Below are positions 35,883-46,517 of a DNA stretch of 64,000 nucleotides, piece after piece. Every line of letters starts with the position of its first letter. The first letter of the stretch is position 1. The notes under the pieces were generated by a model that saw only the letters and a program-made list of their open reading frames with translations, was not told where the DNA came from and searched no databases. This DNA comes from a virus. The stretch lies in the IMG/VR virus record IMGVR_UViG_3300021364_000006. The stretch is one strand, 5' to 3'. The position numbers were made by a program, and so were the translations under genes.

Positions 35883-36721
35883 TATCCTATCATGTCCATG
35901 GGAGGTAGTTCATAATAACTTGCCATTTTGTCTTCAATTTCTCTTAGTTCTGCATTACCATCCTCATAGTATTGTCTACCGTTTAGTTCGACTCCACCTG
36001 GTAATTTAGTTCCACTGAATTTCATCATGTTAGCTCCCCACTGCCTCTTAATTAAAGAGGTTAGGTATCTTTTCACCCAAGTATCATTATATATTTTGGT
36101 AAAATCTGCTGGATTTAGAGCACGAATACATTCGATGACAATATAGTCACCAGCTGTTTGTGCTCCCCAATCAATATCAAGATATAATCTACCTTGTCTT
36201 TTTGCAAATCTAATCTGCTTATCAGTTGTCAACATAAAATCAATATCTTCTAGATATCGTTTTGTCATTGCATAGTTGAGAAGATCTACACTACTGAAGT
36301 AATATAGATCATTTAAGAATAGTTGATATTTTATACTAAACATTCCACCAGAAATGGAATTGCTATCAAATTTAAAAATTCTATTGATACCTAGAACAGA
36401 CTCTGGTACTTTGATATAATTATTGTTTTCGTAAAACTTAAACTCACTGGTGATTCCAACAGATTCTGTCACTGTTGTGGTTGTAATACCACTAACACCT
36501 GTTTTTCCAGGACCCTTTCCTCTGTCAATATCATCCTGAGTAATCTGATATTTTAAAAATGTTTTTTCAGATCCATCATAATGACGTTCCTGAAAATATT
36601 GAATGGTGTCATCAACCAAATCATCTATCTGATCATCATCTACGTTGATTTCTAAAACTGGCGCACCAAGTTTACGTAGTGAGTAATCTATTAATTCTTG
36701 TCTTGTAGATGGTGATGCCAT
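35882..36721 (-). CDS. gp13: neck protein
   Basis: LRKLGAPVLEINV, QWGAN..KF....LPGGVELNG. Confidence 0.95.
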   Translation of the reverse strand: MASPSTRQELIDYSLRKLGAPVLEINVDDDQIDDLVDDTIQYFQERHYDGSEKTFLKYQITQDDIDRGKGPGKTGVSGITTTTVTESVGITSEFKFYENNNYIKVPESVLGINRIFKFDSNSISGGMFSIKYQLFLNDLYYFSSVDLLNYAMTKRYLEDIDFMLTTDKQIRFAKRQGRLYLDIDWGAQTAGDYIVIECIRALNPADFTKIYNDTWVKRYLTSLIKRQWGANMMKFSGTKLPGGVELNGRQYYEDGNAELREIEDKMASYYELPPMDMIG

Positions 36722-36732
36722 TTTACTCCAGA

Positions 36733-36867
36733 TTAATTATTAAGTAAAATTTTTACCGACTTGCTGGTATCATCAATAGATGAAATTGGTTTATCAGTCC
36801 TATTATTTAACAAAACTGTGGTTGAATTTGGACTATCTTCAACCGTAACCGTTGTGATTCCAGCCAT
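36733..36867 (-). CDS. small hypothetical protein (44 aa)
   Basis: Manual translation MAGITTVTVEDSPNSTTVLLNNRTDKPISSIDDTSKSVKILLNN*; TAATG coupling to the upstream gene. Confidence 0.6.
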   Translation of the reverse strand: MAGITTVTVEDSPNSTTVLLNNRTDKPISSIDDTSKSVKILLNN

Positions 36868-37223
36868 TATCGAGTTACTCCAGCATTGACGATTGCTGAA
36901 CCTTGAACGACTCTCAATACAGTAGAAATACCACTTACTGTATCAATACCACTGTTAATTACAACATCATATACATATCTACCACTTTTTATGGCAGAAG
37001 TTTCAGTTGCTGCTAAAGAAATGCGAACATTTCCACCACTTTCACTTGTCACTGTTGAAGTGAATGATACTTTTGTGGATGAAGTTGGAGTCTTTCTCAA
37101 TTGAGCACTTACAGCATATCCAACCAAACTTTTGGCAGCATTAGTGGATGCATCTTCAATGGTGAAATTTTTAGTAAAATCAGCACCTTGATTAATAATC
37201 AAGTTGTGTGAATATACTGCCAT
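36867..37223 (-). CDS. virion structural protein (Ig-like / BppU-N-like)
   Basis: NL.INQGADF...L.GY...AQLRK...GRYVYDV...RVVQG...V.AGVT. Confidence 0.7.
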   Translation of the reverse strand: MAVYSHNLIINQGADFTKNFTIEDASTNAAKSLVGYAVSAQLRKTPTSSTKVSFTSTVTSESGGNVRISLAATETSAIKSGRYVYDVVINSGIDTVSGISTVLRVVQGSAIVNAGVTR

Positions 37224-37248
37224 CTTACAAGTTCAACAGGGCTCTTGA

Positions 37249-37458
37249 CTATTTATTATTATCAAGGAGAGTCTTTAACATTCCCTTGAGTTCTGAAATT
37301 TCATCTTTAAGTTGATCAATTTCACGATTTTGTTTACTTTTCCTTTGCTTCATCTTCATATAATTTGTGTAAGCTTGATCATTCACATTGATCACTGCTC
37401 CAGTCTCAGTGTTTTTATAGAGACTGGAGTCTTGTTCTACTTGTACATATTCAGACAT
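37249..37458 (-). CDS. small coiled-coil protein
   Basis: TGAVIN...EIDQLKDEISELKGML; late promoter AATAAATA at 37250-37257 overlaps its end. Confidence 0.75.
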   Translation of the reverse strand: MSEYVQVEQDSSLYKNTETGAVINVNDQAYTNYMKMKQRKSKQNREIDQLKDEISELKGMLKTLLDNNK

Positions 37459-37459
37459 T

Positions 37460-40400
37460 TTATGCTAATGCAATAGTTCTAAGATCATTCATTCTGGGTG
37501 CAAGACACTCATTTGTTCCGCTAAAGACAATTTTTATTTGATATGCGGTAAATGGTGGCAACTCATCAACGCTAAATTGATACTCCCTCATTTCATCAAC
37601 TGCTTGAGAAATAATCTGTGCATCTGGTCTACCAGTGTTTTTCGCTGGGTCTATAACCTGATCTCCAAAATTATCACCATCAGTATCAGTCAAGTTATCA
37701 TATCCAGGGAATAGAACGAATGCTGGTTCTGTGTTTCCACTATCAACTGGGAATATTCTATAAAGTGCTCTGATATCTGCACTAGAATCAACTGTAGCTG
37801 CTGTAAGTAACTTGAGTGAAGTTGCAGGATTCTTAAGATCAATTCTATCAGAAACATATACAGCTGCATGTGGATCTTCTTGTACAGAATTTACTCTAGA
37901 ATCAGTTGTATAGTCAGTAATTGGTCTATCAAGTCTAGATCTATCAAAGTCAATAGCGCAGTTATCAAGATAGATGAATGGTGAATAATTACTGTCTGTA
38001 GACTGTAGATCAACTTCAACTGTGAATGATTTATTTCTTGGGAGACCATCTAGATTTGCATCTTCATTTACTTTTGAGCATACCATTTGAGGTTTGCCAA
38101 ATATCAAAGTTGCATTTGGTTCAGTCGTCAAGAAACCTTGATCAACGAAAGATGGTTCCACGCCACCAGCACTAGTTCCAGAAACTGTTCTTACGCGAGT
38201 GCTAATTTTTGTCTTCTTAGGAGTAACAATATCAAGTCTGCAATTTAATCTATCATATTGAATATTACCAGAAGCAAATACATCGTCACCACCTGCAATG
38301 AATTCACTATCGAAATTCAACATGTTTGGACCATCTCTTCTATTTCCTCTATCAATTTCAACATAGTAAGTATCAATTGTTTTATTTGCTTGGAAAACTA
38401 CCGCAGCTGGGATATCATGAACTCTATTGATCTGAGTTAGTGAAACTCCATTAAATTCATATGGATAAATCTCATCTCCAGAAGAGTGTAATACCGCCGT
38501 AGTTCCTTCTGCACCTCTTGTTGCAATTCCAAGAGTTCCATCACCAATACTGTTATAATACATGACTTCATTATCAACCAATACATATCCAGCAGAAGTA
38601 GATACACCTTGGAATGTTGCGAATATTGAAGTATCAGCCACTCCAATTGATGTTACCGTAGCATTGATGTCTTGATTTAACTCTGTGGGAAGTCTTGTTG
38701 GATCTACGTTGTAGATATCAACTCTATTACGAATATCTTTGAGTGCATGATTTGGATGGAGAACTTCAATTACGTTTCCAGAGTATAATTCATCAGAAAC
38801 GATTGAAGTTCTAACTGCTGTTGTAACACCAGTATTCAAAGTCTGTGCAATACCACTATCATCATAATAGACCAATGGATCATCAACAGTTAAATGCTCA
38901 CCCTTAACATTTGTTAGATATAATGTATCAACACCGTTAATTTCAGAAATAGAGATCTGAGCACCTGTTCCTTTGGTTACGTCTGCTGTGGTAATACCAA
39001 GAGATTCACCAACAATATAACCAGTTCCAGTGTTTGCAAGTGATACTGAAGATAGAACACCATCAGCAATTGTTACCGAACCTGTTGCACCAGATCCTTC
39101 TCCAGATAATGAGAAGAAGTTTACATTACTGTAAGTGCCATCAGAGTATCCAATTCCAGGTAGATTGGCTTTAATTGTTTGGAGAGTTCCTCCAACATTA
39201 CCAATCACACCAGTAACCAAGTTTCCAGTTCCAACTTTTCTGCCAATTTGCAGAATATCTTTCATCTCCTGTGTCAATACAGTTGTAATACCAACATCAA
39301 GATTTCTTGGTAGACATTTAATTGGATCTTCTGGCATATCGGGAAGATTGTCACCATCTCTATCAATATCTGGATTGTTGAATGTTACTGTTCCATTTTC
39401 AGTTAAGAAGCGACACTTGTTCACTTGGAACTTCATGTCCTCAAATTGAGTTGGTGTCCAAATAGAACCGTTTTGTGACTTATACAATGAACCAGCACCA
39501 TACTGCTTAGTATATTGTTGCGATTCAGGGCCGGATAGTTCCGCTGTATTTACAGTTTTCTCTCCTAATTTTGCAATCCAAGCATTATATTTTATTGAAG
39601 TTGGTGCTAGAAGCACGATACAATATTCAGTTTCTGGTTCAACAGGAATTGGTGCGGGGAAAGTAACTCTAGTAGCAACACTAGCATCATCAGATACATT
39701 TATCTGTGATGGTAGAAGAACAACTTGTGCATCTTCTGTAACAACCTGTAGTGTTGGTAGTCCCAACTCAATTGTTCTCAGTTCAACAGTCAATGGTGCT
39801 TTAGGATCTTTTGTTGCCATGAAAATGTCAACAGAGGAAATAAATGCACCTTTTTTGTCGGTCGTGAATGATTGTGCCAGAGGGTCTCTTCTAGGAACAC
39901 GTCTCTCACGTACAACTTCTCTTACTACTCTAGTTTCCCTAATAATTCTAGGTTCAATAACTCGTGTTCTTTCAACAATCTCTCTCTTTCTAATGATCTT
40001 TGGAGGTGGAAGTTTCTGGAATCTAAAGACATTAGTCTTAGTTACAGTCGTAACTGCATTCTTCGTAGTTGTTACCAGTTTCTTGATAGTTGTTGTTATC
40101 GTAGTTCTGATAATTGTACCTTGAGATGTAAATGGAGCTTCCGCTTCACTGTGTTTAATTGCTCCAGGCAACGTGACTGAATCTTTAGGATCATTAGTTA
40201 ATTTGAAGATTTTAGTTCCAGTCTTAAATCTTCTATTTTTATTCTTTCGTCCAGCAAAACATATATTTCCATATACGCTTCCTAAACCATCAGTAACTAA
40301 TCTCTTTCTGTTAATGATTGCAGTTGCACCACTTTTTCTACCAATAATGACATGGTTTCTCCAGAAGTGTCCTTTGAATTTACCCATAGCCTTACGAGAC

Positions 40401-43400
40401 ATTGCAAGTAAGTCTATGTTCAAGAATGTGGAAGAACTATTGTAAGTTGTTAAGTTACTAATGTCCTGATCTCTATCATATGGATTAAATGTAAATGTCT
40501 CATCTGGATTCTTATGTTTTCCACTCTTGTGGTTTGGAACACAAAGTCTAGTAACGGCTCTTCTACGAGCCTTTCTAAACTTCTTACCCTTGGGATCATC
40601 TACTACATCTTCAAACTTATCTTCTGCTTTTAGATTGCCCTCACCATCGACGAATTTTTGAGCTTTTCTATTCCAAATCTCACAAATCTCACCAACTTGG
40701 AATGAACCTTGTACATCTATAACTTCAACCAACTTAGGAATAACTCTTACCTTTTTGGATCCATCATAGAAGGCATAGTATCTTGTATATGGTTTTAATC
40801 CATCAGCAAGGAACGTTACGTTCCTTCTTCTCATGTACTTAGCTTCACGACTCTTTGTTTTAATTTTTGTAGAAACATTGGTAATTTTAGTGTCCTTAGA
40901 CTTCGTTACCTTTGTTTTCTTCTTCGTATTGGTCTTCATCGAAGAAGGACCATTCTTTGGTTTTCCGACCTTGAATTTCTCAACGACGTTTGTACTCTTC
41001 TTGTTTACAGTCTTGAACTTTTTCTTGACATTCTTTTTATTTTTTACCTTAGTTTCAGTCCAAGTATCTTGTGCTGGTTCTAGTTTAATAGTTCCAACAT
41101 AGTCAATAATACTGAATGGGTTTACATTCTCTACTCTAGTTGCGAAAGCCTGTTTCAAATATTCAATTTCATCATATCTCAGACTTACAACATTGCCTGT
41201 TTTTTGGCAATTAGTGTCTAATAGTGGATCGTTTCCAGAAAGATCCAAAGCGGTAACGTCATCTTGGACTTGATACTGTAATTGTGGGGTTAAAGTTACC
41301 TGTGAAGCTTCACATGAGAGTTGTTCAATTCCAGGATCAACAACCATTGTTGTTAGTTCTTCATCAAATAAATCATCATTTGTAAAGTCGTCAGCAAAGA
41401 AACCAGTTTTGAATCTAGTTAATCCATCAGCATCTGTAATTTCTAAAGATCTAGTATCATTTTCAAGTATTGAAAGAGAAACTGTATCTTCTAGATTTTC
41501 AATTCTATCTTCAAGAGCACCAATATCTCTCATTGTATAACGTTTGTTATCAACAAGTGTTAATTGAGTATCTTCAACATCATAAACATATGGTGGAGAT
41601 TCCAATGTCGCCAAAGTCATAGAGTCTTCGACAATTGCAGGTATCTGTGGATCATCAGAAGGAGTCCCTTGAACAACTTCAACTACACCCTCTGGAGTTA
41701 GGATGATTCTATCCATCCGTCCAAGATAGTAGTCATAACTTAGTACGGAACTTTCCGAATCTTTGGGAATCAATGGTGATGTTGAACCAGTTACAGAAAA
41801 ATCTCTTGAATCATAATCAAATGGAGACTTACCAGCTTCAGTTCCAAATGGATTAACTCTTGGTCTAAAATCTAAAGTATCAGAAGCTCTAGCAAAACTA
41901 AATTGATTAAAGTTGTTTGGATCAAAAATATCTGGTATATCACTCTTAAATCTATCTGCACCATAAGATAATACAGTGAAGACATCACCATCATCACTCT
42001 CAGGGATGGTATAGTGATTAAAAATAACTAATAGTTGTTTTGATGGGAGTTTGTCATCAACTCTAACTAATCTAGAATAGTCAGACATATCTGGTCTTTG
42101 ACCATCATCTAAAACGTATTGTTCTGTCAAATCTACATATTGACCTTCAATAATGGTCTGAATAGTCGCTTCAATTCTAGATTCTTGGAATACAAGGGTT
42201 TCTCCAACTGAGAATCTCTCATCATTTAAGTAAACAACTTCAACTTTAGTTGGTGATGATCTAGTAACAATTTGTGCTACGGCTGTATTATTTGGTCCAA
42301 GAAGGTACTCACCAAGAATTGAATTTGTATCTAATCCAAGACCAGTTTCAAAAGTCAATGCATCAAGAATTGGCGCTGTTGTTGTTTTGGACTCATATAC
42401 TGCGACGACTTCTGCAACATCTGGATAGTTTAGTGAAATCTCTTCATCTTCGACTCTAAGACCATAGAAGGCATTATGAGTCATTCCATTTTCTATTCCA
42501 GTGGTGATTCCAGAAGTTCTTAGTTTTGACTTATTTACAGTTAATTTTGTACTTCTCGTCCACTGCTTTAATTTTGATTTTAATCCCCTCTTTTTAGCTG
42601 TTACGAGAACAGTAACGTCAGTTTCACTTGCATTTAAACCTGTAAATGAAATTTCAGTTCCATCTCTACTAAGTGTAAATTGCTCAGTTCTTAACCTCTC
42701 TGTGGTTCCATCAGAATATGTTATTACATATCTTTCTCCATCAAATGCCTCGTAAAACGCACTTGTCACACCAACATTGCTGATGTTAATGGTCATCTCA
42801 CCTTGAGCATTGGTGGCTTGACCAGTTATTTGCTCATAAATTGTAAGATTTGAATTTGAAATATCAACAGATGAAATATTTACTTGATCAAGTGGTAAGA
42901 ATAATGATCCACCATTATCACCTTGATCAAATCTAGTTTGTCCAAGTCTGAAATCAACTTCAACGGTGCCAGTTGGAAGAGATCCAGTAACAACACCAGC
43001 AACAGTTGGCACAGATACAACTGTCATTGAGTCACCGTTAGCGGCAACAGCACTCACACGGTTGAATACTACTTGATCATATTCTGGATTTTGATATCTA
43101 ATAATTGAATTAGTTGCAATCCCACTAAACTTGTTTCCTGATGATGTTACCGTTCCACCAGATGTAATTTGAATTCTATCTCTTCTAGTAAATCTAGGAG
43201 CAACTCTTCCTCTTTGAAGTGTATCTGCAACAAAATCAGCAGATAGACCAAGAGTTGATGCATCTTGATATACAGATTTTACAGAATTGATATCATATAC
43301 TATGATATCTTTAATAGTTCTTGGAAACTCATTTGTACCATCAATACTAATAGTTTCTCCTTCCATGAAAGTTCCAGAAACTTCATGTAGTTTTACTTTA

Positions 43401-44908
43401 TCACCACTTGAGTGAGCTTCAGCAGCATATCCAGATGCACCACTACTATTTCCTTTAAAATATGTGCCTTTAGAATATACATATTCTTCATTCAGAGTTA
43501 GTTCAGTGTAAGTCTGAATATCAAACAGTCTTAGTTCAAAATTGGTTCCATTGCCGCTATATGCATTTCTAGGTGCAATAGAGTACAATCTAGCTTCACC
43601 AACTTTTTCACCAGTTCCAGCAGTAGTACTATTTCTTCTCTGATCATAAAGTTCAATTACATGGGTTGAATCTTTGTCCAGACCAAGTACAGGTGTGCCA
43701 TGTACATTTTCTACCATTAAGACTGAACCAAGATCAAACGCAACTAAAGAATTATCAACTCTTTGAGTTGATCTCGGTTTCGGAATATCAATAACTCTTG
43801 ATCCAACAATATCAATATCATATCCGTTTACGTATGCCTTACCAGGACCGACTGTAAGGCACATTAAATCGTCTGAGGGTACATTACCACTTCTAGTGGT
43901 TTGATCACGCTCATAGATGCCATCATTGCCCTGTTCGTCGTTCAAACACTCATCCATGGTGAGGTCCATGGGAATTACACTGTAATCACCAGACTCCTCA
44001 TATGTTCTTTTTGCAAAATAGTCTCTAATTCTATTATATTGAGTTTTCTGCTCTGCTGTCTGAGTTTCACCATCATCAAGTCTTAAAAGTTCTACAAATG
44101 CTTTATCATCTGTATCAGTTATAAGTTTCTTGATAAGTTTTAATTCAATTTTAAATCTATCCGCTCCAGGAGCTGAGAAATTATTAAATCCAGCAGCGTT
44201 ATCAAATAGATTTGTGTTCTCATTTGAATTTACAGTGGTCTCAATAATTTCGAGACCAATTCTATAAGAAGGATTGTTGGTATATTGATCAAGTATAATA
44301 GTTTGCTTGTTTACATTTACAAAGAAGCCACGAATAAAATAAACACCATCTGCAATAGAAACAGCAGATCCAATAGAAGTTGCATCCTGTGCAACGACCT
44401 GAGCAAAAGGAGATCCCTGAGAAATTGTTGTATTTCCATAAGTTACATCTTCTTCTGCAAGGAGAAGTTCACTTTCAGAAAAAGTAGAGAAATCTCCTTC
44501 AAGTCCAGAATTTAGATATTTTACATATAATGTAAGTTGATTATCTACAGAATCTGCTTCATATAGTACATTTACAACAGAGGCTGTTACTTTAGTAGTC
44601 TGTCCTATAATTTCTGTTCCAATGAAATTTTCAGCATATGCAGATACTGAAACACCAAGATATTCTGGGTTGATTTTTACAGAATAATACTCACTATCAT
44701 AGGTTACACCACCAGGAGTTACAACAGATCCATCTTTAAAAAAGTGATCTCCAAATTGCTCAACTTGATTTTGGAGAATAGATTGAGCATTGTTTAACTC
44801 TCGGGCTTGAACTGGAAACCCTGGCTTAAACAGAACCTTGTAAAAATTATCGTTCTCACGAAAATCGTCAAAATATGGGGTTGTGTTTAGATTTGTCTTT
44901 TGTGCCAT
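37460..44908 (-). CDS. large baseplate/tail structural protein (VrlC / DUF4815-like)
   Basis: PYFDDF...VLFKPGFPVQARELN, AKRTYEESGDY, GKAYVNGY, RYTMRDIG.LE.RI, FKTGFFADDF, NVNPF, DPLAQSF. Confidence 0.88.
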   Translation of the reverse strand: MAQKTNLNTTPYFDDFRENDNFYKVLFKPGFPVQARELNNAQSILQNQVEQFGDHFFKDGSVVTPGGVTYDSEYYSVKINPEYLGVSVSAYAENFIGTEIIGQTTKVTASVVNVLYEADSVDNQLTLYVKYLNSGLEGDFSTFSESELLLAEEDVTYGNTTISQGSPFAQVVAQDATSIGSAVSIADGVYFIRGFFVNVNKQTIILDQYTNNPSYRIGLEIIETTVNSNENTNLFDNAAGFNNFSAPGADRFKIELKLIKKLITDTDDKAFVELLRLDDGETQTAEQKTQYNRIRDYFAKRTYEESGDYSVIPMDLTMDECLNDEQGNDGIYERDQTTRSGNVPSDDLMCLTVGPGKAYVNGYDIDIVGSRVIDIPKPRSTQRVDNSLVAFDLGSVLMVENVHGTPVLGLDKDSTHVIELYDQRRNSTTAGTGEKVGEARLYSIAPRNAYSGNGTNFELRLFDIQTYTELTLNEEYVYSKGTYFKGNSSGASGYAAEAHSSGDKVKLHEVSGTFMEGETISIDGTNEFPRTIKDIIVYDINSVKSVYQDASTLGLSADFVADTLQRGRVAPRFTRRDRIQITSGGTVTSSGNKFSGIATNSIIRYQNPEYDQVVFNRVSAVAANGDSMTVVSVPTVAGVVTGSLPTGTVEVDFRLGQTRFDQGDNGGSLFLPLDQVNISSVDISNSNLTIYEQITGQATNAQGEMTINISNVGVTSAFYEAFDGERYVITYSDGTTERLRTEQFTLSRDGTEISFTGLNASETDVTVLVTAKKRGLKSKLKQWTRSTKLTVNKSKLRTSGITTGIENGMTHNAFYGLRVEDEEISLNYPDVAEVVAVYESKTTTAPILDALTFETGLGLDTNSILGEYLLGPNNTAVAQIVTRSSPTKVEVVYLNDERFSVGETLVFQESRIEATIQTIIEGQYVDLTEQYVLDDGQRPDMSDYSRLVRVDDKLPSKQLLVIFNHYTIPESDDGDVFTVLSYGADRFKSDIPDIFDPNNFNQFSFARASDTLDFRPRVNPFGTEAGKSPFDYDSRDFSVTGSTSPLIPKDSESSVLSYDYYLGRMDRIILTPEGVVEVVQGTPSDDPQIPAIVEDSMTLATLESPPYVYDVEDTQLTLVDNKRYTMRDIGALEDRIENLEDTVSLSILENDTRSLEITDADGLTRFKTGFFADDFTNDDLFDEELTTMVVDPGIEQLSCEASQVTLTPQLQYQVQDDVTALDLSGNDPLLDTNCQKTGNVVSLRYDEIEYLKQAFATRVENVNPFSIIDYVGTIKLEPAQDTWTETKVKNKKNVKKKFKTVNKKSTNVVEKFKVGKPKNGPSSMKTNTKKKTKVTKSKDTKITNVSTKIKTKSREAKYMRRRNVTFLADGLKPYTRYYAFYDGSKKVRVIPKLVEVIDVQGSFQVGEICEIWNRKAQKFVDGEGNLKAEDKFEDVVDDPKGKKFRKARRRAVTRLCVPNHKSGKHKNPDETFTFNPYDRDQDISNLTTYNSSSTFLNIDLLAMSRKAMGKFKGHFWRNHVIIGRKSGATAIINRKRLVTDGLGSVYGNICFAGRKNKNRRFKTGTKIFKLTNDPKDSVTLPGAIKHSEAEAPFTSQGTIIRTTITTTIKKLVTTTKNAVTTVTKTNVFRFQKLPPPKIIRKREIVERTRVIEPRIIRETRVVREVVRERRVPRRDPLAQSFTTDKKGAFISSVDIFMATKDPKAPLTVELRTIELGLPTLQVVTEDAQVVLLPSQINVSDDASVATRVTFPAPIPVEPETEYCIVLLAPTSIKYNAWIAKLGEKTVNTAELSGPESQQYTKQYGAGSLYKSQNGSIWTPTQFEDMKFQVNKCRFLTENGTVTFNNPDIDRDGDNLPDMPEDPIKCLPRNLDVGITTVLTQEMKDILQIGRKVGTGNLVTGVIGNVGGTLQTIKANLPGIGYSDGTYSNVNFFSLSGEGSGATGSVTIADGVLSSVSLANTGTGYIVGESLGITTADVTKGTGAQISISEINGVDTLYLTNVKGEHLTVDDPLVYYDDSGIAQTLNTGVTTAVRTSIVSDELYSGNVIEVLHPNHALKDIRNRVDIYNVDPTRLPTELNQDINATVTSIGVADTSIFATFQGVSTSAGYVLVDNEVMYYNSIGDGTLGIATRGAEGTTAVLHSSGDEIYPYEFNGVSLTQINRVHDIPAAVVFQANKTIDTYYVEIDRGNRRDGPNMLNFDSEFIAGGDDVFASGNIQYDRLNCRLDIVTPKKTKISTRVRTVSGTSAGGVEPSFVDQGFLTTEPNATLIFGKPQMVCSKVNEDANLDGLPRNKSFTVEVDLQSTDSNYSPFIYLDNCAIDFDRSRLDRPITDYTTDSRVNSVQEDPHAAVYVSDRIDLKNPATSLKLLTAATVDSSADIRALYRIFPVDSGNTEPAFVLFPGYDNLTDTDGDNFGDQVIDPAKNTGRPDAQIISQAVDEMREYQFSVDELPPFTAYQIKIVFSGTNECLAPRMNDLRTIALA

Positions 44909-44912
44909 TGTT

Positions 44913-46475
44913 TCAGAATTCCAGTACTACTTTAATGTCTTCTTTTTGACGAGAGTTTCTCGCAATTGTAGGTCTATTATCGAGATATATTATTTCACCT
45001 GACCTCTTATTTATCTGGGAGTTTGCAATTCCATCTGTAAAGTTGACTCCCAAGTTGACTACATTGTTACCGATAATAGTTGTGATACCAGTAAATGTTG
45101 TATCAACTGAGGCGGAGAAACCACCATCAGTAGTAACTGATTCTGATGATGATTCAAAGGCGGCAAAAGATGATTCTGAAGTAACTCCAATATAATCTCT
45201 TTGAGTTCCAGTGGTTTTATTGAAGTATAGAGAACGATCTTGAATATATTTAATCACATTTGTCTCTTCATCAAAAGATGCGACATATCCAACAGCTGTA
45301 GTAGTACCCACAATTTGTTTAATGCTATCACCAACAACTAAAGAACCTGTTGGATTTACAACTTTAATTTGACCTGTAGCACTATAGTCGTTTGAAACGA
45401 AATTGGTTGTTGATCCAAATGATGTTGGATTTTTTACAATTCCAACTTGTGCAAATTGAGTATCTGTTGGGAAGTTTTTAGTTGAATCATCAAAACGAGC
45501 ATATACTAGAGCTTTTTCTGCACCCAACTCCTTGTAAATATCATATCCGTGTCCTCTTGATGGTGGAATAATTGGGACAAGTTCAGCAAATTCAGTCAAA
45601 CTACCACTCTGGACAGGACCAAGATCAACGATACCGTAACTATAACCTTTACCACCTGCAGATATTTGGGCATCTACAATTCTTCCGCTACTGTCTGTTG
45701 AAACAACACACTTGCCACCAGTACCATCACCAAGAATGTCAAGTTCAACGTCAAGACCGAGACCATAACCAAATCCAGCATTTTTAATGAGAACTGTTTT
45801 TAGTTGGTTATTATTAGTTTCAGAATCTCCATTTTCACGAATAACTGAAATTTGGGGATCTGAACTAGTTGACCAGTTGGATGGTAAAGTGATATATTCT
45901 GTAGAGTCAAATTTAATAATATCGGATGGATTTACCGTGAAGAGATATTTCCAAACATATCCATCACCACTATCACCAGCTCTAGTTGGTTCCAAATCTG
46001 TAAAGTTTGGTTCATCCTGTGATGAATTACCAGCAGGGTTTGATGGTGTAGCACCATTTTCAATACAAATATAAACTCTGAAATCAGAGTTCATCACATA
46101 ATATCTTGCATCATAAAGTCTGGTGGATCCAGTTGTTTGTGTAAGGTTACTTACACTGTAGTCATGGCGATATTGTTCATATACATTACCCTGTTCCCAA
46201 TCAATTCTTCTAATAACTCTACGAATGTTAGCTGCGGTAATTCTTCTACCGAACAACATCGTATCATAAGCATGATTGCTGTAATTAAAATTATCAACTG
46301 GACTTGGTGGTCCAGCAGTGTTTGTATTCCAATCAGCAGTTCTACCAAATCCAACACTTAAAGTCGGATTTGGTAGAGATGTGAAGATATAATATGAGTT
46401 ATTAGAATTTTCGACAGAATCAATAAAATTATTGACGTTTAAAATCCTAAACTGATCCGTTACAATAGCCGCCAT
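44913..46475 (-). CDS. gp8: baseplate wedge subunit
   Basis: AIVTDQFRI, VYICIEN, DGYVWKYLF, GEIIYLDNR..I.R...QKEDIK. Confidence 0.92.
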   Translation of the reverse strand: MAAIVTDQFRILNVNNFIDSVENSNNSYYIFTSLPNPTLSVGFGRTADWNTNTAGPPSPVDNFNYSNHAYDTMLFGRRITAANIRRVIRRIDWEQGNVYEQYRHDYSVSNLTQTTGSTRLYDARYYVMNSDFRVYICIENGATPSNPAGNSSQDEPNFTDLEPTRAGDSGDGYVWKYLFTVNPSDIIKFDSTEYITLPSNWSTSSDPQISVIRENGDSETNNNQLKTVLIKNAGFGYGLGLDVELDILGDGTGGKCVVSTDSSGRIVDAQISAGGKGYSYGIVDLGPVQSGSLTEFAELVPIIPPSRGHGYDIYKELGAEKALVYARFDDSTKNFPTDTQFAQVGIVKNPTSFGSTTNFVSNDYSATGQIKVVNPTGSLVVGDSIKQIVGTTTAVGYVASFDEETNVIKYIQDRSLYFNKTTGTQRDYIGVTSESSFAAFESSSESVTTDGGFSASVDTTFTGITTIIGNNVVNLGVNFTDGIANSQINKRSGEIIYLDNRPTIARNSRQKEDIKVVLEF

Positions 46476-46501
46476 TACTACCTGTTGAAAGGAATTTTTT
46501 T

Positions 46502-46509
46502 TATTTATG
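46502..46509 (-). promoter_or_regulatory. late promoter CATAAATA (gp8)
   Basis: Intergenic NATAAATA. Confidence 0.65.
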
Positions 46510-46517
46510 CGTGAAGT

